A DNA stretch of 32,000 nt from contig OY776328.1 of the NCBI GenBank assembly GCA_963675515.1, positions 1,140,001 through 1,172,000 of the forward strand, read 5' to 3'. The translations under genes and the position numbers were made by a program. Source of the stretch: Coprobacillaceae bacterium (GTDB taxonomy: Bacteria > Bacillota_I > Bacilli_A > Erysipelotrichales > Coprobacillaceae). The notes beneath the pieces were generated by a model. That model made no database searches. It was not told the origin of the DNA and saw only the letters and a list, made by a program, of their open reading frames with translations. Positions 25,915 to 32,000 of the stretch are shown here, piece after piece; within the stretch, counting starts at the first letter, position 1, and every line of letters starts with the position of its first letter.

Positions 25915-26427
25915 ATGAGTAAAACACTTATAGCTTATTTTTCAAGAACCGGGGAAAATTTCGTCCAAGGGGCAATCAAAGGTCTGGAAGTCGGCAATAC
26001 GGAAGTTGTCGCCAATAAGATCAAGGAGTTAACCGGAGGCGATCTGTTCAAGATCGATCCCGTGGTGCCTTATGATGACGATTACGATATCTGTTCCAAC
26101 CAGGCCCGTCAGGATTTTTTGAATCAGGAACGGCCTGAATTCAAGAATCCTCCAGACAACATCAGGGATTATGATACGGTCTATGTGCTTTTTCCAAACT
26201 ACTGGAATTCCATGCCGATGCATGTGTGGACCTTCCTGGAAAAATATGATTTTACAAACAAGACGATCAAGCCGCTGGTTACCCATATGGGCAGCCGCTT
26301 CGGTACAGCCGAGCTTGATATCGTGAAGCTTTGCAGTGGTGCCAGAGTGATGAAGGGGCTGGCGGTGCTGGGCGATCTGGTCAACGAATCCGACGCCAAA
26401 ATAAAAAGCTGGGTCGAGATGAATTAA
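25915..26427 (+). CDS. Flavodoxin-family protein
   Basis: The 'TLIAYFSRTGEN' N-terminal FMN-phosphate loop and 'VLFPNYWNSMP' are typical of the Flavodoxin_4 type. SD is AAGGAGGG. Confidence 0.8.
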   Translation: MSKTLIAYFSRTGENFVQGAIKGLEVGNTEVVANKIKELTGGDLFKIDPVVPYDDDYDICSNQARQDFLNQERPEFKNPPDNIRDYDTVYVLFPNYWNSMPMHVWTFLEKYDFTNKTIKPLVTHMGSRFGTAELDIVKLCSGARVMKGLAVLGDLVNESDAKIKSWVEMN

Positions 26428-26450
26428 GTGGAGGTAACTTCACTTTTTTT
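26426..26450 (+). terminator. Terminator after the flavodoxin gene
   Basis: Short AAGTG...CACTT hairpin followed by T7. Confidence 0.45.
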
Positions 26451-26520
26451 CATATGCGCAACAATTGTGGTTTCAAAAATAATTTTTAAAAAAAGTTTAA
26501 GTTCATTTAACAATTCCGGT

Positions 26521-26526
26521 GTATAA
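26521..26526 (+). promoter_or_regulatory. Putative -10 box of the four-gene cassette
   Basis: TATAAT in an AT-rich spacer 66 nt upstream of ATG 26593. No clear -35 is present. Confidence 0.3.
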
Positions 26527-26592
26527 TTGTCTTAGATGTAAAATCAACCTTCACCGGTTGAACAAGATTCCATTAAGACAAAGGAGCAATTT

Positions 26593-26775
26593 ATGGAACA
26601 AAGGCGTTACAAAGAATTATTGGAGATTTTAAGTGATTCCTCGCGTTGCGTGGCCGATCATATTGCCGCTAAAAACGAGCTGATGTTATGGTATCAGGGC
26701 GTCCTGGAAAAACATCCCAACTCAGGCGATCAATACCATCATGACAATCTCAAAACCGCTCTGGCCAAGAGATGA
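26593..26775 (+). CDS. Hypothetical 60-aa protein (cassette ORF-A)
   Basis: SD AAGGAG (26581-26586) lies 6 nt before the ATG. The stop overlaps the next ORF's start (ATGA). I recognise no family. Confidence 0.45.
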   Translation: MEQRRYKELLEILSDSSRCVADHIAAKNELMLWYQGVLEKHPNSGDQYHHDNLKTALAKR

Positions 26776-26945
26776 AAGGAGCCAGGGCAATCGACATCGA
26801 GGGCGACATCATCGATGTCTCGCTTGAAAGGCTGCTTGAAGATGCGATTGAATATTATGGGACTTTGATGGCCTATCCCGAAGTGTACATCCTCAACACT
26901 CCGATAGAGCAACTTTATCAGGATGTTTATCTTTACGAAAATTAG
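26772..26945 (+). CDS. Hypothetical 57-aa acidic protein (cassette ORF-B, below the ORF-track size cutoff)
   Basis: Hand translation gives MKGARAIDIEGDIIDVSLERLLEDAIEYYGTLMAYPEVYILNTPIEQLYQDVYLYEN. It has an ATGA overlap with ORF-A, and its TAG is immediately followed by ATG 26946. Confidence 0.4.
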   Translation: MKGARAIDIEGDIIDVSLERLLEDAIEYYGTLMAYPEVYILNTPIEQLYQDVYLYEN

Positions 26946-26963
26946 ATGATTGGAGGCTTTACT

Positions 26964-27155
26964 ATGTTTGATGATGATGACGGTTTTGATCTGGATATCG
27001 ATGAGTCTAGCGATGATTTCGATGATGAGTTCTCCAGAGATGACGATTTTGATAGCGACCGCGACTTTGATGATGAAACATCGGACGACTTTTCAGGCGA
27101 AGATGATACCGAAAAGACTTTCTACAAAGAGTTTATCAAAAGCCATTTTGATTGA
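26964..27155 (+). CDS. Hyperacidic 63-aa protein (cassette ORF-C; alternative start 26946)
   Basis: SD GGAGG (26952-26956) lies 7 nt before ATG 26964. The sequence MFDDDDGFDLDIDESSDDFDDEFSRDDDFDSDRDFDDETSDDFSGEDD... has 24 Asp and 6 Glu in 63 residues, with recurring D-D-F / F-D spacing. Confidence 0.5.
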   Translation: MFDDDDGFDLDIDESSDDFDDEFSRDDDFDSDRDFDDETSDDFSGEDDTEKTFYKEFIKSHFD

Positions 27156-27173
27156 TGGCTAGAGGAGGGACCC

Positions 27174-28562
27174 ATGGACAAGTACCAGGAAGAAAACAGT
27201 CGCATGGATGCCATATTGGACAATGACTATCTAGGTCAAAGTGACCTGCTCGCTATCCTGACCCGGCTGATTGTCGGTGGCGCCAGAAACAATTCCGCTT
27301 CAATGGGTTTTGGAAATATCCTCATCGATGCGCCCAGCCCACAGGGAAAAAGCGCGTTTGTCGCCTCACTAACTCATGTGATCAACGGCAGATATCTCAA
27401 CAACAGCGACTCGATGATGGGAAAAATCCTCGATGATGAAGAAAAGAAGATTCTCCATGCGATGTCGGCATTTTCTTTCGATGCCTATGAGCTGGATGTC
27501 CTTGGGCTTGGTGAATATGATATCCTGCTGGAAATGATATCGAGCGTATCCAGGGAGCTGGGATTCAGTGTCCCGGGCAGCCAAATTGAAAAAACCGCTC
27601 AGGATGTCGGAGCCTTGCTTGGCCGGATAAAAGACAAGGCCTATGTGCCCGAGGTGCTAAAAAGCCCGCTCCACAGTGTCAATCTCTATGGCGATATTCT
27701 GACCGGCCGCAACATCAAATCGAAACTGAACCAGGCGGTCGATGAAATCGCCAAACTGAATGACTATCCGCTGTTTGTGGTCACCATTGACAATATCGAC
27801 AAGTGTCCACCTGTAAGAGCCCTGCGGCTCCTGGGTTTTAGCGAACTATTCAGCAGGAATCCCAATCTGCTTTTTGTTTTCGCGGGCGATTATCGGATAC
27901 TAAAACAGAACATCCAGACGTTTTATGGCAATGGTTTCCTGGTGGAAAAGTTTTTAAAGCGCCAGTTCGATTTTTTCTGTCGGCTAAAAGAACCACCATT
28001 GCCTGGATACTGCCGCTTCATTCTCGAGCAATTCGGCATCGAAGACAAGGATATGGTCTTGGTGATTTCAAGCATTGGCGACTATTACAGCTTCGATCTT
28101 GACGGGATCCACAGTCTGGCAAGACAACTGGCCCTGGTTTGGGTGGATTTGAATGGACCGGACGGACCGGAATCGGAAGAGACTTTCTTCAGGCGCTTTT
28201 TTCTGGCTATGACACTGGGACTCAAAAACAAGGACCGGGAACTGTTGCGGGACTTTCTCCTTGGCATTTGGCCGCCAGAACAGATTGTTGCCATCTTTGA
28301 AAATTCGCCCGAAATTCTATCTCAAGTCAAGCGTGGCTGCTTACAAAAGGAATTGACAGACACTGTGGTATTGGAGCTTGTCAGGGAATGGTACTGGGAT
28401 TTTTTGGCTGCCCTGGATAAGGTGGGTCTTTATGATCATTTTCCTGGTGGAGCAAACGAAAAAGACCTGGCAGTTCTGGTTGAAAAGCTCAGGACCATGG
28501 AAACCAAGGGCTTTGAGGGCATCAGGTGGGGTTCGGTGCTTGGCATCTTGCATTTTGATTGA
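27174..28562 (+). CDS. KAP-family P-loop NTPase-like protein (cassette ORF-D), no TM insertion
   Basis: SD is GGAGGG. The N-terminal block is 'DYLGQSDLLAILTRLI'. The P-loop is APSPQGKS (27330-27353). The Walker-B/KAP block is 'LFVVTIDNIDKCPPVRALRLL' (27774-27806). It is followed by 'LLFVFAGDYRILKQNI...FLVEKFLKRQFDFFCRL', matching KAP-domain conserved blocks as I recall them. Confidence 0.65.
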   Translation: MDKYQEENSRMDAILDNDYLGQSDLLAILTRLIVGGARNNSASMGFGNILIDAPSPQGKSAFVASLTHVINGRYLNNSDSMMGKILDDEEKKILHAMSAFSFDAYELDVLGLGEYDILLEMISSVSRELGFSVPGSQIEKTAQDVGALLGRIKDKAYVPEVLKSPLHSVNLYGDILTGRNIKSKLNQAVDEIAKLNDYPLFVVTIDNIDKCPPVRALRLLGFSELFSRNPNLLFVFAGDYRILKQNIQTFYGNGFLVEKFLKRQFDFFCRLKEPPLPGYCRFILEQFGIEDKDMVLVISSIGDYYSFDLDGIHSLARQLALVWVDLNGPDGPESEETFFRRFFLAMTLGLKNKDRELLRDFLLGIWPPEQIVAIFENSPEILSQVKRGCLQKELTDTVVLELVREWYWDFLAALDKVGLYDHFPGGANEKDLAVLVEKLRTMETKGFEGIRWGSVLGILHFD

Positions 28563-28605
28563 AAAAAAGGATCAGTCGCAGTAAAGTGCAGACTGGTCCT
28601 TTTTT
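28562..28605. terminator. Bidirectional terminator shared by the cassette and the serpin gene
   Basis: A7, GGATCAGTCGCA-gtaaag-TGCAGACTGGTCC (one bulge, one G-U pair), T6. The hairpin overlaps the serpin stop codon. Confidence 0.75.
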
Positions 28606-29857
28606 AAAGATTGTTTATCGCTCCCATGAACACGGGAACTTCCTGATCGAAATCGTAGATCATATAGACAAACGGGCGGTCCAGGATGACCTCCTTTTCA
28701 TTGACGATGATCGAGGTATCGACCATTTCGACGATTGTCACAGCTCCGGCCTTGGTGCCGATCTCATTGAGTTCGATGGCACAATTGTGCAGGATGCGGC
28801 TGATGAAAAGCGCGCCTGAGGCGGTGTCCGCCATTTTGGAGAAGTCGGCGATTTCACTGAAGGCGTCGACCATGCCTAGTCCCACAAGCAGCTCGCTCAA
28901 CTCCTTCTTGTAGTCATATTTGAACTTTGGAGTGGCGGTGGTGACCGGAACGCTCTGGGGATTGGTTATAAGCTCGTGGAGACTGCTGGCATCAAGCTTA
29001 TCGAGATATGAGTCGATGTCGCCTTTTGGCAGCAGTGCCACAAAGCCATAGCGTTCATCCTGGTATTTCTTCACAAAACCGGTGACCAGTTCGTCCTCGA
29101 GATACAGACTTTCATCACTGTGAAGGAATTCGACATCGCTCTTGGCAGCGTCTGAATTGTTGAAGGTGCCGTTGTAGACCATATCGCTGGTATATTCGAC
29201 TGCCCACTTGTCCTCGAACAGGACCGTATTTATCAGATAGATAACGGCTTCCACCGGAACCTGGTCGAGTGCCTCTTTTATCATGCCCTTGGTATGGTAA
29301 TCGATATAGTTGTTGATGTCTTCCAGGGTGGTGCTGTCGAATGGGGCCTGGTAGCCATCTGCCTGATAGTAGGTAGCGTTCATTTTCAAAAAATCAGGGT
29401 TGATGGTCAGGCGGTCCTGGTCATCGCGGATCCAGATCGAGTTGGATATTTCGACAACCTGGTCGTCTTCCAGGGAATCGAGATAGTTTTTCAAATCATT
29501 GTTCAGATCGTCCACTGGCATGTCGAGCAGCAGCTTTTCCATCTGTTCCAGGGTGTTCCCTGCGGCCCCATTTTCACACATGGCCAATGCCAGGGTGATA
29601 GACAGGGGTGAGATCAGGATGTTTTCCTGGTTAGTGTAGATGCTCTTGAATAGCTGGCTGGAAAGACGGGTGAATCCAATCCCGAAATCATCGCCGGTGG
29701 GCTCTGTCGTCACAGTGTCGCCACTGACACCTTCCATCAGATCTTTAGCCAAGATGTTAAGGGTTGGAGTATCGTCCTTGGCAAAGTAGTTGAAAACAAA
29801 GACAAATGCCAGGATCGCGCCGATAAATACGATAAATATTTTAGCTGTCAGTTTCAT
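28604..29857 (-). CDS. Serpin-family protease inhibitor with N-terminal membrane anchor/signal
   Basis: 417 aa. The N-terminal hydrophobic helix is KIFIVFIGAILAFVFVFNYF. 'ENILISPLSITLALAMCENGAAGNT' is the canonical serpin N-terminal block. The hinge and reactive-centre loop 'EIGTKAGAVTIVEMVDTS...' is followed by 'LDRPFVYMI'. SD is AGGTGA. Confidence 0.85.
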   Translation of the reverse strand: MKLTAKIFIVFIGAILAFVFVFNYFAKDDTPTLNILAKDLMEGVSGDTVTTEPTGDDFGIGFTRLSSQLFKSIYTNQENILISPLSITLALAMCENGAAGNTLEQMEKLLLDMPVDDLNNDLKNYLDSLEDDQVVEISNSIWIRDDQDRLTINPDFLKMNATYYQADGYQAPFDSTTLEDINNYIDYHTKGMIKEALDQVPVEAVIYLINTVLFEDKWAVEYTSDMVYNGTFNNSDAAKSDVEFLHSDESLYLEDELVTGFVKKYQDERYGFVALLPKGDIDSYLDKLDASSLHELITNPQSVPVTTATPKFKYDYKKELSELLVGLGMVDAFSEIADFSKMADTASGALFISRILHNCAIELNEIGTKAGAVTIVEMVDTSIIVNEKEVILDRPFVYMIYDFDQEVPVFMGAINNL

Positions 29858-29903
29858 AATATCACCTCAATTTGTAACAGCTTGTCCCCCTCTATACACT
29901 TCG

Positions 29904-29912
29904 ATTATACCA
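29904..29912 (-). promoter_or_regulatory. Extended -10 element for the serpin gene
   Basis: The reverse complement reads TGgTATAAT, about 45 nt upstream of the serpin ATG. Confidence 0.4.
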
Positions 29913-29942
29913 CAGCATTGATGGATAAACATCAAATTTTTG

Positions 29943-29971
29943 TTTACTTAAATTGCTTGGCGTGCTAGAAT
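29943..29971 (+). promoter_or_regulatory. Putative promoter of the export-protein/GNAT pair
   Basis: TTTACT (29943-29948), 17-nt spacer, TAGAAT (29966-29971). Confidence 0.4.
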
Positions 29972-30004
29972 TTTCAAGTATATGATTGATTGATGGAGGA
30001 AATT

Positions 30005-30505
30005 ATGGACGGAATGATTCAATGGTTCATCGCTACTTTTGGCGGGGTGTTTTCAAAAGAAATGATTGTGTTTTTGGTGTCGATAACACCGATTCTCGAA
30101 TGCCGGGGCGGCTTGATCGTGGCATCGTTATTGGGTGTCAGCCTTACAACGGCATTGCCGATTGCGATATTGGCCAATGTGGTGATTATTCCGTTCATCC
30201 TGATTTTCATCAAGCGACTTTTCGCCTTCTTGAAGCAGTTCTCAATTTTCAAAGGGCTGATTGAAAAAATCGAGGCCCGGGCCCTTCACAAAAGCAAGGA
30301 TCTCGACAAGGGCGAGTTTATCGGGCTTTTGCTTTTCGTGGGGATCCCGCTTCCGGGCACCGGAGCCTATACCGGAACGCTTCTTGCTTCATTGCTTGAG
30401 ATGGATGTCAAGAAAGCTTCCCTGGCCATATTCCTGGGGGTGCTCATGTCATCGACGATCATGTCGATATTTTCATACGGGCTCTTGGGTCATCTGTTTT
30501 TCTGA
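30005..30505 (+). CDS. Small multidrug-export-like membrane protein (COG2426 / PF06695-type)
   Basis: Four-helix hydrophobic protein with 'ITPILECRGGLIVA' and 'GIPLPGTGAYTGTLLASLL' blocks typical of this family. The start is set at ATG 30005 (SD GGAGG 29995-29999). ATG 29993 is also possible. Confidence 0.6.
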   Translation: MDGMIQWFIATFGGVFSKEMIVFLVSITPILECRGGLIVASLLGVSLTTALPIAILANVVIIPFILIFIKRLFAFLKQFSIFKGLIEKIEARALHKSKDLDKGEFIGLLLFVGIPLPGTGAYTGTLLASLLEMDVKKASLAIFLGVLMSSTIMSIFSYGLLGHLFF

Positions 30506-30525
30506 TTGGATAGGGAGGAATCATA

Positions 30526-31023
30526 ATGGAATTTGTCAAAGTTGAAGCCGGCGACAGAAAGGCCATCGAAGAACTTTCAGCCATGGCGTGTACGATTGTC
30601 AAGGAATACTACGAAAAGCTCCTGGGAAGTGACCAGAATGATTATATGATCGAGAAGTTCCAGTCTTTTAAGGCGATAACAACCCAGCTAGATTCAGGCT
30701 ATAATTACTATGTCCTGGAAAGTGACAATGAACCGGTCGGTTTCATCGGCTTCTATCCCAATGGGAAAAGGATGTACCTGAGCAAGTTCTACTTCGCCAA
30801 ATCCGCCAGGGGCAAAGGGCTAGGTAAAAAGACACTGGCGTTTCTGGTTGATAAGACCCGTGCAAAGGGGCTTGAGAGCATCTATCTCAATGTGAACAAG
30901 TACAACGAGTCGATCAAAGCGTACGAGAAAATGGGCTTTGCCAGGATCGGCGAGGAAGTGAACGATATCGGCAACGGCTATGTCATGGATGATTATGTCT
31001 ATGAATACAAATTGTTTGATTGA
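30526..31023 (+). CDS. GNAT-family N-acetyltransferase
   Basis: 165 aa with an acetyl-CoA binding motif-A region 'FAKSARGKGLGKKTLAFL' (Q/R-x-x-G-x-G/A) and 'AYEKMGF'. SD is GGGAGGA. Confidence 0.8.
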   Translation: MEFVKVEAGDRKAIEELSAMACTIVKEYYEKLLGSDQNDYMIEKFQSFKAITTQLDSGYNYYVLESDNEPVGFIGFYPNGKRMYLSKFYFAKSARGKGLGKKTLAFLVDKTRAKGLESIYLNVNKYNESIKAYEKMGFARIGEEVNDIGNGYVMDDYVYEYKLFD

Positions 31024-31039
31024 ATTGCCACAAATTGTT

Positions 31040-31067
31040 AAAAGCTCCGCTACGGCGGAGCTTTTTT
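31040..31067. terminator. Bidirectional terminator between the GNAT and XRE regulator genes
   Basis: AAAAGCTCCGC-tacg-GCGGAGCTTTTTT, a perfect 11-bp stem flanked by A and T runs. Confidence 0.8.
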
Positions 31068-31078
31068 CTCGACTTTGA

Positions 31079-31783
31079 TCAGGTTACGGAAAACATGTTG
31101 TAGAGCTTAAGCAGCCTGATGTCTTCCTTGGAGATCTTCAGCTGGCTGATAAGCTGCTCGTCTTCGACCAGTTTTTCCTTGGAAAGAAGCATCTTTGAGG
31201 CAACGGGCATCATCGGCCGCGATGAGAATCCGTTGAAAAGCCCCCATTTCACCGGAGCGTCCAAAAAGGCTGCCAGGATCTGGACACTTGCCTTTTCCAT
31301 GGGCGAGTCCTGGTTGGTCAGGAAGATGTTCGTGATGGCATCGTAGTGCTCCATATGTCCGGTGTAGGTGTTTTCGCAATTCTGGTACGAATCGAATTCA
31401 TTGATGTTCATATACATCATCAGCTTGAAGGTGTTGTCGGCGATCTCGTCGATGACGATAAAAAGGCATCGAATCAGGATGTTCGCCCGGCCGTCGTAAA
31501 AGTAGCCATAGAAACGTCCGACGTTCTTGAAAAAGGCTGGCATATCCTTTTGAGTCCGGGCTGTTTCGCTTTGGGGATAGTAAAGAAGCTTGTCGACGGA
31601 GACATCAAGGGCTTTGGCGATGTCGTATAGGGTTTCGATGTCAAGGGCGATTTCTCCCTTTTCGTATTTGGAAATGGCCGATTTGCTTTTGAAGATAAGT
31701 TGGGCTAGTTGTTCCAGGGTAAGTTGACGCATTTTCCGGTACGTCCGGATATTCTTTCCTACTTCCTGCTTGATATTGTGCAT
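31079..31783 (-). CDS. XRE-family helix-turn-helix transcriptional regulator with an uncharacterised ~165-aa C-terminal domain
   Basis: The N-terminal 'VGKNIRTYRKMRQLTLEQLAQLIFKSKSAISKYEKGEIALDIETLYDIAKAL' is a canonical Cro/C1-type HTH. SD is AAGGAG. Confidence 0.82.
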   Translation of the reverse strand: MHNIKQEVGKNIRTYRKMRQLTLEQLAQLIFKSKSAISKYEKGEIALDIETLYDIAKALDVSVDKLLYYPQSETARTQKDMPAFFKNVGRFYGYFYDGRANILIRCLFIVIDEIADNTFKLMMYMNINEFDSYQNCENTYTGHMEHYDAITNIFLTNQDSPMEKASVQILAAFLDAPVKWGLFNGFSSRPMMPVASKMLLSKEKLVEDEQLISQLKISKEDIRLLKLYNMFSVT

Positions 31784-31935
31784 GATCTCTCCTTGGGTTT
31801 CCTACAAATCCACAAAAAGCGGATTTTGACAGTTAATTTTTCCTTCCAGTCAAAATGTACCACGGATCAGGTCAAAAATCTACCCAGAAGAAACAATAAA
31901 CAAAAAAAGTTTCTTCCAAGGAAACCTGGGGTCAT

Positions 31936-31964
31936 TTGTAAACATCCTTTCATACTGCTAGAAT
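31936..31964 (+). promoter_or_regulatory. Putative rightward promoter for a gene beyond the window
   Basis: TTGTAA (31936-31941), 17-nt spacer, TAGAAT (31959-31964). Confidence 0.4.
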
Positions 31965-32000
31965 ATGTGTGTATACTAAAAGCAGCTGCCAATTTGAAGG

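Overview
This is a chromosomal window from a Bacillota-like bacterium. The S-box and T-box leaders, strong GGAGG Shine-Dalgarno sites and standard genetic code support that, as do TGG Trp codons in the conserved genes checked (e.g. leuS) and TGA serving as a normal stop. About 30 genes are present and most are housekeeping. They include a rhomboid fragment, an AEC transporter, a CoA-binding protein with pntAA-pntAB-pntB transhydrogenase, a type-I ABC exporter and a NifU-like protein. Further along are SAM-riboswitch-controlled metK, hpf, a TIGR01212 radical-SAM gene, two tandem ABC ATPase/FtsX-permease fusions and T-box-controlled leuS. Accessory content starts after leuS. First comes a relBE-like TA pair with a frameshifted antitoxin, then a class-III fic gene with an in-frame TGA. 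Next are ygiD and an AKR/4Fe-4S oxidoreductase. A DUF3842-larE-larB-larC cluster (nickel-pincer cofactor synthesis, no larA in the window) follows, flanked by a second, frameshifted AKR/4Fe-4S paralog. The remainder holds PPK2, a lipoprotein, a flavodoxin, a membrane-anchored serpin, a small export protein, a GNAT and an XRE regulator. The most interesting locus is a self-contained four-gene cassette at 26.5-28.6 kb. It encodes two translationally coupled mini-proteins, a hyperacidic 63-aa peptide and a soluble KAP-family (PifA-type) P-loop NTPase. It is convergent with the serpin, and I cannot assign it to any described system. I saw no rRNA, tRNA, CRISPR array, transposase or integrase. All calls come from reading the sequence and motifs by eye; no database search was run.
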